In this document: positions 17,469-27,085 of the stretch, one piece after another | Layout of the letters: the number at the start of each line of letters is the position of its first letter | Numbering within the stretch: position 1 is the stretch's first letter | Source of the DNA: an uncultured Candidatus Saccharibacteria bacterium | GTDB lineage: Bacteria > Patescibacteriota > Saccharimonadia > CAILAD01 > BJGX01 | DNA length: 39,996 nt | NCBI GenBank assembly: GCA_964512085.1 | Contig: CAZEIU010000002.1 | Span: 1-39,996 of the forward strand | Reading direction: 5' to 3' | Translations under genes and position numbers: made by a program | The notes under the pieces: model-generated | Told to the model about the DNA's origin: nothing | The model's database searches: none | What the model saw: the letters and a program-made list of their open reading frames with translations, nothing else

Positions 17469-18398
17469 ATGGCAAAAAATAGCAAAATTTACGACGTTAT
17501 AATTATTGGAGCGGGCCCAGCTGGTTACACGGCAGCTATCTATACTGCCAGAGCAAATCTCAAAACAATCATGCTAGCTGGTGATACTCCAGGTGGTCAG
17601 CTTTTACTTACCTCAGAGGTAGAAAATTTTCCGGGATTTAGAAAAGGCATATTGGGGCCAGAGCTCATGGAAGAAATGAAAGCCCAAGCTTTGCATTTTG
17701 GCACCGAGTTTAGAGCCGATTTTGTTACCAAGATAGACCTTGCCGGCAAAACCAAAAAAGTTTGGGTGGGCAACGACGAGTATGAATCTAAAACCGTAAT
17801 CATTGCTACTGGTGCAAGCGCTAATTGGCTCGGGCTAAAAAACGAGCAGAGATTAATGGGCAAAGGCATCTCAGCTTGCGCCACTTGCGATGGATTCTTC
17901 TTTACCGGCAAAGAAGTGGTAGTAACCGGTGGTGGTGATAGCGCCATGGAAGAAGCCCTTACTCTTGCTAAGTTTGCCAATAAAGTTACAATTGTGCACC
18001 GTAGAGATGAGTTTAGAGCCAGCAAGATTATGCAAGATAGGGTTAAGCAAAACCCCAAAATCGACATTATATTTAATGCCGAAGTTATTGATGTTTTGGG
18101 TAAAGATTTTGTAGAGGGGGTTACACTTAAAGACACCCAGACTGGTGAGGCAAGAGAATTTACATGTGGCGGTTTATTTGTGGCTATTGGACACACTCCA
18201 GCTACTAAGCTTTTTGAAGGCGTATTAGAGCTCGATGATAAAAAGTATATTAAGACCAAACCCGATACTACTACTAAATTAGCCGGCGTGTTTGCGGCCG
18301 GCGATGTAGCTGATAGCCGTTATCGCCAAGCTATCACTGCTGCAGGTGAGGGCTGTAAGGCTGCACTCGAGGCCGAACATTATATTGAGAGCATGTGA
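17469..18398 (+). CDS. trxB: Thioredoxin-disulfide reductase
   Basis: FAD motif 'IIIGAGPAGYTAA', redox centre 'CATCDG', NADPH motif 'VVVTGGGDSAMEEA' and 'FAAGDV'. The ATG at 17469 is preferred over the TTG at 17463. Confidence 0.9.
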   Translation: MAKNSKIYDVIIIGAGPAGYTAAIYTARANLKTIMLAGDTPGGQLLLTSEVENFPGFRKGILGPELMEEMKAQALHFGTEFRADFVTKIDLAGKTKKVWVGNDEYESKTVIIATGASANWLGLKNEQRLMGKGISACATCDGFFFTGKEVVVTGGGDSAMEEALTLAKFANKVTIVHRRDEFRASKIMQDRVKQNPKIDIIFNAEVIDVLGKDFVEGVTLKDTQTGEAREFTCGGLFVAIGHTPATKLFEGVLELDDKKYIKTKPDTTTKLAGVFAAGDVADSRYRQAITAAGEGCKAALEAEHYIESM

Positions 18399-18466
18399 TT
18401 GATTTGAATATTAACATCTGCTAGAATAGTTTCGTTCAGTTGCCTCTATGAGAAGGGGAGTCTTGA

Positions 18467-18829
18467 ATGCATCTTATTACGAAGCTGAGACTTTATTGGG
18501 CAACAAGAAGAGCTCTTAAAACATATTATATTGATCCTGAAAATCCACCCTTACAGATATACAAGCTTGTAGTGCCAACAACGCTCGCTGGAGATAAATG
18601 GTTTTGGCGAGTTAGTATCTGGAATACAAATGATACTTTTGAAGGACAAAGGGTGTTTAATAGACCTTGGTCGCTTACTGAGCTTGGGTCTTCGTACGAC
18701 GGATATGTAAGTAACTATTGTAAGACACAACAAGAAGCAGAAGAGCAGGCTAAATACGTATATAGTTACTTTCAAACATGCTGGCCAAGTATAGTATTTA
18801 TTGCTAATCACTTAGACTATGCAAGTTAA
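18467..18829 (+). CDS. Hypothetical protein (120 aa)
   Basis: RBS-like AAGGGGAG lies upstream of the ATG and a terminator follows. No motif recognised. Confidence 0.5.
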   Translation: MHLITKLRLYWATRRALKTYYIDPENPPLQIYKLVVPTTLAGDKWFWRVSIWNTNDTFEGQRVFNRPWSLTELGSSYDGYVSNYCKTQQEAEEQAKYVYSYFQTCWPSIVFIANHLDYAS

Positions 18830-18844
18830 ATAATGTACTAAAGT

Positions 18845-18870
18845 AAAAAACCACCTTACTAGGTGGTTTT
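18845..18870. terminator. Bidirectional rho-independent terminator
   Basis: AACCACCT (18849-18856) pairs with AGGTGGTT (18861-18868). It is flanked by an A-run and a T-run. Confidence 0.7.
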
Positions 18871-18876
18871 ATTAAT

Positions 18877-19185
18877 TTAGGCTTTTATATTTGTAATAGT
18901 TATTTGTGAGTACTTTTGGCGATGACCAGTCTTTACACTTTGGCGCTTTTTGGCCTTGTAGTGCAAAATAGTTACTTTATCGCCCTTAACTGGCTCGGCG
19001 CTAATCTCGGCTGTAACAAGAGCGCCAGCTACTTCTGGTTTGCCAACTTTTACGTTGTCGCCATCGATTATAAGTAGAGGTTTAAACTCTACTTTGCTTT
19101 TTTGAGTAGGCAAAAGCTCAACCTCTAGAGTTTGGCCTTTTTCTACGATATATTGGTGTGATCCGGTTTCGATTACTGCTTGCAT
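18877..19185 (-). CDS. rplU: 50S ribosomal protein L21
   Basis: 'MQAVIETGSHQYIVEKGQTLEVE...KKRQSVKTGHRQ' is typical of bL21. Confidence 0.9.
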   Translation of the reverse strand: MQAVIETGSHQYIVEKGQTLEVELLPTQKSKVEFKPLLIIDGDNVKVGKPEVAGALVTAEISAEPVKGDKVTILHYKAKKRQSVKTGHRQKYSQITITNIKA

Positions 19186-19209
19186 AATGTTTGTTATTTA
19201 CAAAAGACT

Positions 19210-19238
19210 ATAATAGCAAATTTTACTTGGTTTGTAAA
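19210..19238 (-). promoter_or_regulatory. Candidate rplU promoter (TTTACA-17 nt-TATTAT on the - strand)
   Basis: The reverse complement of 19233-19238 is TTTACA and that of 19210-19215 is TATTAT. Confidence 0.4.
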
Positions 19239-19295
19239 GAAATACTACAGGTTTATTGAGTATAAATGAATATGTACGTATATTGTTCGTATTTA

Positions 19296-19324
19296 TTGAA
19301 TAGAAATTAGCGATATGATAAACT
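19296..19324 (+). promoter_or_regulatory. Candidate parAB promoter (TTGAAT-17 nt-TAAACT)
   Basis: TTGAAT at 19296-19301 and TAAACT at 19319-19324. GGAGG lies at 19351-19355. Confidence 0.4.
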
Positions 19325-19368
19325 CTATTAATAATACATATGTTTAATTTGGAGGGTGAGTAGTAGCA

Positions 19369-20139
19369 TTGAGTCGTATAATCGCTCTAGCTAACCAAAA
19401 AGGCGGTGTAGGTAAAACTACCTCGGCTATCAATATTGCAGCCTATTTGGCCAAAATGGGCCGGTCTGTTTTGCTTGTAGATCTCGACCCACAAGGTAAT
19501 AGCTCGAGTGGTTTGGGCTACTCTAAATCTCAGGTCGAAACTAGCTTGTACGAGGTAATCTCGGGCTCGCAAGAAATTGGCTCGGCGATTATTCACACGC
19601 CATACAATAAGTTAGATCTTGTAGCTGCCAACAACAATTTGGCTGGTGCCGAGCTTAGTCTTACACGCGTGCCATCTAGAGAATTTGTGCTCAAAAAAAT
19701 AATCGAGCCACTAAACTACGACTATATACTTATAGACTGCCCGCCATCACTTGGCCTGCTTACGCTCAATGGCTTAGTGGCTGCCAATTACTTACTTATA
19801 CCAACCCAAGTTGAGTTCTATGCGCTAGAGGGCTTAAGCCAACTTTTAAATACCGTTAAGCGTGTGCGCTCTGCGCTTAACCCCAACCTCAAACTCTTGG
19901 GTGTTGTAGCTACTATGTATGATGGTCGCATGAGCCTAAGTAGTGCAGTTATGGCCGAACTCAACAAGCATTTTGACAAAATGTTATTTGACACTACTGT
20001 GCCACGCAATATACGATTGGCAGAGGCGCCCTCGCACGGCAAACCTATATATGCCTACGACAGATTTTGCAAGGGGGCATTTGCTTACAAAAAACTTACC
20101 AAGGAGATAGTAAAACGTGTCGAACACACCAACCAATAA
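19369..20139 (+). CDS. parA: Chromosome partitioning ATPase ParA/Soj
   Basis: Deviant Walker A 'NQKGGVGKTT', plus 'LLVDLDPQGN' and 'IDCPPSLG'. TTG start. Confidence 0.9.
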   Translation: MSRIIALANQKGGVGKTTSAINIAAYLAKMGRSVLLVDLDPQGNSSSGLGYSKSQVETSLYEVISGSQEIGSAIIHTPYNKLDLVAANNNLAGAELSLTRVPSREFVLKKIIEPLNYDYILIDCPPSLGLLTLNGLVAANYLLIPTQVEFYALEGLSQLLNTVKRVRSALNPNLKLLGVVATMYDGRMSLSSAVMAELNKHFDKMLFDTTVPRNIRLAEAPSHGKPIYAYDRFCKGAFAYKKLTKEIVKRVEHTNQ

Positions 20140-21034
20140 TCGATTGGGTAAAGGTCTAGATGAACTTATACCTACAGATATTTCTCAGCTCGATGAGCTA
20201 GTGGCCGATAGCTTACCTCAAGAAGTTAGAGCTAGCGAAAAGAATACTTCTGAGATTTCTGTCGATGCTATAGATACCAACCCCTATCAACCACGTTCGG
20301 AGTTTGAAGAAACCGAGCTCCAACAGCTCTCAGAAAGCATTAAACAGCACGGCGTGTTACAACCTCTTATACTTACCAAAGAAAGTGATATGAGCTATAA
20401 GCTTGTAGCAGGCGAGCGACGCTTGCGTGCCGCCAAGCTGGCTGGGCTCAAAACTGTACCGGCAATAGTGCGTAGTTTTTCTGAGCAACAAAAGCTAGAG
20501 GTAGCTCTAATAGAAAACGTGCAACGCGAAAATTTAAGACCTCTTGAGCAAGCTGCAGCCTATGCAAGGCTAGAAGATCAGTTCAATATGAGCCAAGCCG
20601 AAATAAGCAAAGCTGTGGGCAAGGCTCAATCGACTGTAGCAAATATTATGCGTCTGCTTAAGCTCACCCAAAAAGGCAAAACTGCTCTCAATGACGGCGT
20701 TATTACCGAGGGTCACGCTAGGTGTTTACTTGCTCTTGTAGACCCGGTGCGACAGGATCAGTTTTTGAACTATATTATTAAGCACAATCTTACAGTTCGC
20801 CATGCCGAGAATTTGGTGCGAGAGTTTAAAGGCGGAGTAGAGATCAAAAAACGCAAAGTTGCCGCTGCCGAGGCGCCACAACGCAAAATTATTACCGACC
20901 TTGGTAAGTTTTTGGGTACCAAGGTAAGTTTGCAAAAGTCGGCCAAAGGCGGAAAAGTGCAAATAGAATATTACTCCGACGAAGAGCTTGCTAGAATTTA
21001 TAAAAGTATTACTGGCCAAGACCCGCAAGTGTAA
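20117..21034 (+). CDS. parB: Chromosome partitioning protein ParB/Spo0J
   Basis: 'NPYQPRSEF', 'LQPLIL', 'GERRLRAAKLAG' and the HTH 'SQAEISKAVGKAQSTVAN'. It overlaps parA by 23 nt. Confidence 0.9.
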   Translation: MSNTPTNNRLGKGLDELIPTDISQLDELVADSLPQEVRASEKNTSEISVDAIDTNPYQPRSEFEETELQQLSESIKQHGVLQPLILTKESDMSYKLVAGERRLRAAKLAGLKTVPAIVRSFSEQQKLEVALIENVQRENLRPLEQAAAYARLEDQFNMSQAEISKAVGKAQSTVANIMRLLKLTQKGKTALNDGVITEGHARCLLALVDPVRQDQFLNYIIKHNLTVRHAENLVREFKGGVEIKKRKVAAAEAPQRKIITDLGKFLGTKVSLQKSAKGGKVQIEYYSDEELARIYKSITGQDPQV

Positions 21035-21107
21035 TTTATTTTTATCTCAGTAAGTTTTGTAAAATTTTTATCTTTCTTATGATACAATATATGCATAACT
21101 ATTTTGC

Positions 21108-24041
21108 ATGTATAGATTAAATAATCGAATCCAATCAGTCATACTTTTGCTAATTATTACTCTTGGATTGGCTAGCATTGCTTTTGGTATCAAAATACAC
21201 CCAGCCAAACCGGCTAGGGCTGCTACAACTTATACTGTTACCACCAATGCCGACTCTGGTGTTGGCTCATTACGCCAAGCTATTATCGACGCCAACGCCA
21301 ACCCGGGGGCAGATGTAATTGTCTTTAATGCGGCTATGACTATTCAGCCAACTTCGGCTTTACCAGACATTACCGACCCAGTAGAAATAAACGGCTATAC
21401 TGGCTCGCCCGGCGGTGCTACACCCAACACTGCAGTTAGTCCTAATCCTTTTAATGGAACACTCACTATAGAATTAGATGGCACGAGTGCTGGCACAGCA
21501 AATGGGCTAACGTTTGTGGGTGGGTCTGACCTTAGTGTTGTTAGTGGGTTGGTAATAAATAATTTTGCTTTAAATGGTATAGAATTGTCGCTAAATTCTA
21601 ATATTAGAATAGTCGGTAATTACATAGGTACTGACACAGCAGGTACTGTAGATGCTGGCAATACAAGCAATGGAGTATATATAAATACTAGTTCTCATAA
21701 CAATGCTGTCGGAGGTATCTCGGCAGCCGATCGCAATGTGATATCGGGCAACAATAATGATGGTGTAACTATTGGTGATCCGGGTAGTACTAGTAATACT
21801 GTACTTGGTAATTATATTGGTCTAAAAGCTGATGGCAGCGCTATTTCTATAGGCAATAGTAGTAATGGTGTAAGTATTTTTAGTTCGGCAGACGAAAACT
21901 TAGTAGGAGGGACTGCTGCAACCTCTAAAAATGTGATATCTGGTAACAACAATGGTGTGTACATTAGCTCAGCAAGTTCGAATACTATATCTGGTAATTA
22001 TATAGGTACAAGATACACTGGTATTGCTGCACAGACTAATACAGCCTATGGCGTTTTAGTAGATGGTTTTAGTAGCTCAACTACTATCGGTGGAACTGTC
22101 GATATTACAGTTGATGGGCCGTGTACGGGTGCATGTAATGTCATATCTGGCAACAGTTCTGATGGAGTGAGCCTTACGGGCGCCAATGTTACCGGAACAA
22201 TAGTTGAGGGTAACTATATTGGTACTGACGTAAATGGAGCTATAAATCTAGGAAACACTAGTGATGGCGTTGAGGTTGGTAGCGGTGCATACAGCAATTC
22301 GGTAGGAGGAGCTAATGCTGAATCTAGAAACATAATCTCTGGCAATGGTCAGAGCGGAGTATATTTAAGTGATAGTAGTCATAATAACACTGTAGCAGGT
22401 AACTATATTGGTACAGACGTAGGGGGCACTAATAATATTGGGAATACTACAGATGGCATTCATCTTCAAGAATCAGACAGTAATACTATTGGAGGCACAA
22501 GTGGTGTTGCTCTCGGTGGAAACTGTACGGGTTCTTGTAATCTTATTTCTGGAAACGGTGGAGATGGTATAGGCATATTATTTAATTCAGATTCAAATAT
22601 AGTAGAAGGTAACTTCGTTGGTGTAGATGTAAGCGGAGCGACTGCAATTTCTAACGCTAGCGATGGGGTAGCTATTACGCATAGCTCTGAGAGTAATACT
22701 ATTGGTGGTACTACAGCCGGATCGCGTAATATTATCTCTGGTAACTCAGTCAAAGGGGTAAACACCGAAGACTCGGGCACAGACAATAATGTTATCTTAG
22801 GTAATTACATCGGCACCGATACTACCGGCACATCAGCAATCGGTAATAATATAGGGGTTGGTATCTCTGGTGGCAGCGGCAATATTGTGGGTGGCACTAC
22901 AGCCGGCTCGCGCAATATTATCTCTGGTAGCACTTCTAGTGGCATAGCTCTTGGCGGGGATGCAATTGTGCAGGGTAACTACATTGGCCTAAATGCTAAC
23001 GGTGATGGCGTGTTGGCTAATGCCACTAGTGGGGCGAATATAGGTATTTTTGGTGGATCGAACAATATTATTGGAGGTAGTACACAAGCTGCACGTAATG
23101 TAATATCGGGCCCTTCTATTGCAGAAATCCAGGTGATTGGCGGCACTGCTTTTGGGGGTGGTCCTTCAAATGGTAATAAAATTCAGGGTAACTATATTGG
23201 TACTGATGCTACTGGTGCGGTACGCGCCGGATTTGGCTCTACAAAGAACGCTGTTATTTTTGTTTTTGATGCTCAGAATAATTTGGTAGGTGGTGCTAAT
23301 TCGGGTGAAGGGAACCTTATTGCTGGCAATAGTTCTGGTGTAGGCGTAAGTAACTTCTCGAGTTTTGAGGCGCTCAACAACTCTATTCTGGGTAACAGTA
23401 TCTATGATAATACTGGCGGTTCCGCTCCCTCTAATCTTGGAATAGATCTACTCGGCTCAACTGTGAATGGTACAACTTTTACGGATGCGGGAGTTACTCC
23501 AAACGATGCCGGTGATACCGATGAACTATCTAACCATCTAATGAATTTCCCCGTAATACAATCTATTACCTCCACCAACGGTACGGCCACTGTTACTTAC
23601 AATCTAGACATCAACGATGCTGAGGCTGGAGCAACCGGGTATAGAGTAGAGTTCTTTGCCAACGACAGTGCCGATCCATCTGGAAATGGCCAAGGCCAAA
23701 CTTACTTAGGCAGTGATACGGTTAGCGGTGACGTAACTGGCCGCCAAGCCACCATTACCCTGCCTGCCGGTGTAGACGGCTCTAAATACATCACTGCTAC
23801 TACTACCATGACCGATAACTCTAGCGATGGTTTTGGTCACTCCAGTGAGTTTGCGGCTAATCTGCAAGCTACTTTAGTGCCAGCATCTACGCCATCTGGA
23901 GGTTCTAGCTCTATAGCCAACACTGGCCAAGCTCAGAATAACAAACCGCTTATAATAATTGCATCAGTACTTATTGCACTGGGTGCCATAGGTATAGCCA
24001 CATTGGCAGTGACAAAAATAAGAAAACGTAAATTACGTTAA
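21108..24041 (+). CDS. Large (977 aa) cell-surface parallel-beta-helix repeat protein with a C-terminal sorting signal
   Basis: Signal peptide, then a CSLREA-like N-terminal motif ('GVGSLRQAIIDANANPGADVIVF'). More than 10 repeats of 'N(V/I)ISGN..(D)GV.I......N.V.GNYIGTD' follow. The C-terminus is 'IANTG' plus a TM helix and 'KIRKRKLR'. Confidence 0.8.
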   Translation: MYRLNNRIQSVILLLIITLGLASIAFGIKIHPAKPARAATTYTVTTNADSGVGSLRQAIIDANANPGADVIVFNAAMTIQPTSALPDITDPVEINGYTGSPGGATPNTAVSPNPFNGTLTIELDGTSAGTANGLTFVGGSDLSVVSGLVINNFALNGIELSLNSNIRIVGNYIGTDTAGTVDAGNTSNGVYINTSSHNNAVGGISAADRNVISGNNNDGVTIGDPGSTSNTVLGNYIGLKADGSAISIGNSSNGVSIFSSADENLVGGTAATSKNVISGNNNGVYISSASSNTISGNYIGTRYTGIAAQTNTAYGVLVDGFSSSTTIGGTVDITVDGPCTGACNVISGNSSDGVSLTGANVTGTIVEGNYIGTDVNGAINLGNTSDGVEVGSGAYSNSVGGANAESRNIISGNGQSGVYLSDSSHNNTVAGNYIGTDVGGTNNIGNTTDGIHLQESDSNTIGGTSGVALGGNCTGSCNLISGNGGDGIGILFNSDSNIVEGNFVGVDVSGATAISNASDGVAITHSSESNTIGGTTAGSRNIISGNSVKGVNTEDSGTDNNVILGNYIGTDTTGTSAIGNNIGVGISGGSGNIVGGTTAGSRNIISGSTSSGIALGGDAIVQGNYIGLNANGDGVLANATSGANIGIFGGSNNIIGGSTQAARNVISGPSIAEIQVIGGTAFGGGPSNGNKIQGNYIGTDATGAVRAGFGSTKNAVIFVFDAQNNLVGGANSGEGNLIAGNSSGVGVSNFSSFEALNNSILGNSIYDNTGGSAPSNLGIDLLGSTVNGTTFTDAGVTPNDAGDTDELSNHLMNFPVIQSITSTNGTATVTYNLDINDAEAGATGYRVEFFANDSADPSGNGQGQTYLGSDTVSGDVTGRQATITLPAGVDGSKYITATTTMTDNSSDGFGHSSEFAANLQATLVPASTPSGGSSSIANTGQAQNNKPLIIIASVLIALGAIGIATLAVTKIRKRKLR

Positions 24042-24062
24042 AGCATTAATAAAAGTAGCTAT

Positions 24063-24827
24063 TTAACTACTAGGATATTCGGGGCGACCAATAAACATAA
24101 AACTATTTATTGGTAATAATCTAAAGGCACCAAAACCAGCAATGTTTTGCTGAGGCAGTTGCCCCCAAGCACGACTGTCATAACTACCATCGGGGCTACG
24201 GTTGTCGCCCATAACAAAGACTTTGCCTTCTTCTACAACTTGGTCAATATCGCCTTCGGTTTTATATTGCGGGTCAATATACTTTTCGTTTAACACAAAC
24301 CCATCGGGGTGTTGCTGATTGTAGATAGTAACTACACCATCTTTGACTGTAATTCTCTCACCAGGCAAAGCAATAGCGCGTTTAATAAAGAAAGTATCGG
24401 GTGCGCCCGGTGGTCTAAAAATAAGTACATCACCTCTATGAATATCCATATTTTTTTGCCCAAAAAGTTTGGTTATATCAAACATAGTAATAGGAATCTT
24501 AGAAGTTATAAGATAATCGTCGTTGTGAAAATCTGGCTCCATACTGCTGCCCGATACATAAAAAGGCAAGAATATAAAGTTTTGAATAATTAAAACTATT
24601 CCAACGGTTACTCCTACCCATATAAGTAATTCTTTGATGATAGAACGTTTTTTCTCGGGTTCTTCTTCGTAGTCACCAGTACTGTCTGGAGCATTTAGTT
24701 CTTGAAGGTCTTTATTGTAAGCCTCGTGAGACTGTTGCTGTTGCAATAGTTTTTGTTCTGCCTCAATTCGCTCCTGCTCGGTTTGCGGAGTAATTTTTTT
24801 GCCTGGCTCTAGTTCAGATTCGCTCAT
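24063..24827 (-). CDS. lepB: Signal peptidase I
   Basis: 'GSSMEP' (catalytic Ser), 'FIKRAIALPGE' (catalytic Lys) and 'GDNRSPDGSYDSR'. Confidence 0.9.
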   Translation of the reverse strand: MSESELEPGKKITPQTEQERIEAEQKLLQQQQSHEAYNKDLQELNAPDSTGDYEEEPEKKRSIIKELLIWVGVTVGIVLIIQNFIFLPFYVSGSSMEPDFHNDDYLITSKIPITMFDITKLFGQKNMDIHRGDVLIFRPPGAPDTFFIKRAIALPGERITVKDGVVTIYNQQHPDGFVLNEKYIDPQYKTEGDIDQVVEEGKVFVMGDNRSPDGSYDSRAWGQLPQQNIAGFGAFRLLPINSFMFIGRPEYPSS

Positions 24828-24902
24828 TAGTACTATTATAGACTCTTTGGTGGTTTATCAAAAGCATTTTTAATTGTATTGTTTGTAGTTATAATAGAGC
24901 TA

Positions 24903-26270
24903 ATGAGACTAAAAAAATCAAACGACGATGCAATATCGCCAACTTATAGTTTAGACCAAAAAGTAAAAAAACCTTTCTATAAAAAACTCTGGCTCAAGAT
25001 TGTACTTGCTGTAATGTTAATACTAGTAATTGCCAGTAGTGCCTATGCCTATAATACCTACAAAAAGCTAGGCAAGGTGATTCAAAAAAATAGTGGAGTA
25101 GCTGCAGAAGGCCTCAAAACCGAAAACGTGACACCCGAAAAACTCAATGGCGAAGGTGATGGTAGGGTAAATATATTACTGCTTGGCGTAGGCGACAAAG
25201 GTCATAGTGGTGAGAAACTCAGCGATACTATTATTGTGGCAAGCTATGACCCCAAAACTCATGATGTGGCTATGCTAAGTATTCCACGAGATTTATATGT
25301 AAGTATTGATGGAGAAGGTTATGCCAAGATTAATGCCGCCCATGCTTTTGGTGAACAAGAAAAAGAAGGCGGTGGCCCCGAATTAGCCAAAAAAACCGTA
25401 TCGCAAGTGTTGGGCATACCAATTCATTATTATGTTCGTGCTGATTTTACTGCTCTAAAACAAGCTGTAGATGTTGTAGGAGGAATAGATGTGACGGTCA
25501 AAAAAGACTTAGTTGACCCAGAGTACCCATGTAGTAAGCAAGAGGATTTGGTGTGTGGATTTAGTCTAATGGCTGGGCAGCAACACTTAAACGGAAGCGC
25601 TGCACTCAAATATTCGCGTTGTCGCAAGGGTGACTGTGGCGATGATTATGGTAGAGCCCAACGCCAGCAAGACGTACTAGTTGCGCTACGTCAAAAAGCT
25701 ATGCAGCAAAATATTTTGATGAATCCTGCTAAAATAACCGACCTTATTGGTATAGTTTCTAATAATATTCGCACCGATTTGCAACCTCGCGAAATACAAC
25801 GCTTGGCCGAAATTGCTAAAGCAACCGATCCGCAAAAAATAACCACAAAGGTTTTAGATAATGAAACCAACCATTTGGTAGTAAATGATAGTATTGGTAA
25901 TGAAAGCGTGGTGGTACCCGCCGAGGGGATTGGATCTTACAAAGCCATACAGGCCTACGTACGTAGTATTTTTGTGGATGGTTATATCAAACAAGAAGCC
26001 GCTACAATTGAGCTACAAAACGCTACTGGCAACAAATCGCAGACCGCTCTGGCTAGCGAGCTTCTTAAAAGTTATAATTATAACGTAGTATCTTCAGTGG
26101 CTTTGCCGACAGTTGCCAAAAAAACCAGAATAATAGACAACACCGGCGGTAAAAAGCCTTACACAATTCAATACTTACAAAAAAGACTCAACGCAGTGGC
26201 CGAGACTAATAGCGCCGAAGCGCCTAGTCCTACTGCCGATATAACAGTTATCTTAGGAGCAGATTATTAA
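24903..26270 (+). CDS. LytR-CpsA-Psr (LCP) family cell-wall glycopolymer transferase
   Basis: TM anchor, 'NILLLGVGD', 'LSDTIIVASYDP' and 'SIPRDLYV', plus a C-terminal LytR_C-like domain. The ATG at 24903 is preferred over the TTG at 24879. Confidence 0.85.
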   Translation: MRLKKSNDDAISPTYSLDQKVKKPFYKKLWLKIVLAVMLILVIASSAYAYNTYKKLGKVIQKNSGVAAEGLKTENVTPEKLNGEGDGRVNILLLGVGDKGHSGEKLSDTIIVASYDPKTHDVAMLSIPRDLYVSIDGEGYAKINAAHAFGEQEKEGGGPELAKKTVSQVLGIPIHYYVRADFTALKQAVDVVGGIDVTVKKDLVDPEYPCSKQEDLVCGFSLMAGQQHLNGSAALKYSRCRKGDCGDDYGRAQRQQDVLVALRQKAMQQNILMNPAKITDLIGIVSNNIRTDLQPREIQRLAEIAKATDPQKITTKVLDNETNHLVVNDSIGNESVVVPAEGIGSYKAIQAYVRSIFVDGYIKQEAATIELQNATGNKSQTALASELLKSYNYNVVSSVALPTVAKKTRIIDNTGGKKPYTIQYLQKRLNAVAETNSAEAPSPTADITVILGADY

Positions 26271-26367
26271 ACTTCGCGATCAACTCAAACGAATAGAAAT
26301 ACTAACCCACGACCAACGCTTAATTGCGGCGGCGAGTGGTATTATTACGCTTATTGCTATTGCACTT

Positions 26368-27075
26368 ATGTACTATTCGCCTTATCAAATATTATTATTA
26401 CCAATTGTTTTGGTACTAAATTACTTCTTACTAGGCCGATTGTTGGTAAATCATAAAAGATCGCATGTGTTTGCACGCATGATCAAACCTAGTTTGTGGC
26501 TACTTATTCTATATGGTTATTTATTTAGTTTGCACGCTATTTTCTTATTAAATATAGTTTGGTTTAGTTTGTTTTGCGTTTTGGTGGGAGCAGGTTATGG
26601 CATAATGATGATTCAAGAGATTCGCACCCAGCCCCGAGTAATTGTCGACAACATATTACAAGCGATTCTGATCGTAATTAGTACTACTCTTGCGAGTATC
26701 GCTTTAGCTTACTGGCACTGGCCAACAGTACTAGTTATGCTAAGTCTTTGGCTAATAATGTTTTTCTTGGCTCTAAGTTGGCTAGTGGGCTTTACTAACA
26801 AGCCGTATATGATAGCCGTAGTTTGGGCGCTTATTGTTATAGAAATATTCTGGATTAGTACTCGATGGATTAATCTTTATCATATTCCGAGCACTGCCTT
26901 TTTATTAAGCCAAGCTGCTTTGGTGGTAGGAGCACTAGCTTACGGTTTTGGTGGCTTGTACTTTCATTATAAAAACCAAACTCTCAAAAGAGCCTTACTA
27001 TTTGAGTATATTGGTGTCACAACGGCGATTTTTATTGCGTTAATGTTTTTAAGTAAATGGTCGGTAGCGATTTAA
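26368..27075 (+). CDS. Polytopic membrane protein, unknown function; the true start may lie upstream (see findings)
   Basis: About 7 hydrophobic helices. The upstream in-frame sequence is open back to 26257 and is protein-like. Confidence 0.55.
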   Translation: MYYSPYQILLLPIVLVLNYFLLGRLLVNHKRSHVFARMIKPSLWLLILYGYLFSLHAIFLLNIVWFSLFCVLVGAGYGIMMIQEIRTQPRVIVDNILQAILIVISTTLASIALAYWHWPTVLVMLSLWLIMFFLALSWLVGFTNKPYMIAVVWALIVIEIFWISTRWINLYHIPSTAFLLSQAALVVGALAYGFGGLYFHYKNQTLKRALLFEYIGVTTAIFIALMFLSKWSVAI

Positions 27076-27085
27076 AATTTAGAAT

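Noticed and set aside
17597-18259. 220-aa minus-strand ORF inside trxB
   Set aside because: It lies wholly antisense to a gene with unambiguous thioredoxin-reductase motifs. The Ser/Pro/Leu-rich translation is typical of a shadow ORF.
18877-19185. rplU stands alone: no rpmA (L27) follows it and a terminator follows immediately
   Set aside because: It is unusual relative to the common rplU-(ysxB)-rpmA operon. Operon fragmentation is frequent in reduced genomes, though, and nothing in the sequence suggests a functional consequence.
19186-21034. Search for a parS site (TGTTTCACGTGAAACA-like) near parAB, and for an oriC-like DnaA-box cluster in the AT-rich 19186-19368 spacer
   Set aside because: I found no CACGTG-centred palindrome or repeated TTATCCACA-like boxes by eye. 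A proper pattern search on the whole contig would be needed.
21600-23400. Periodic nucleotide repeats that could be mistaken for a tandem-repeat or CRISPR-like array
   Set aside because: The periodicity is in-frame protein repeats (NxISGN...GNYIGTD beta-helix coils) inside one long ORF. The repeats are degenerate at the DNA level and there are no unique spacers.
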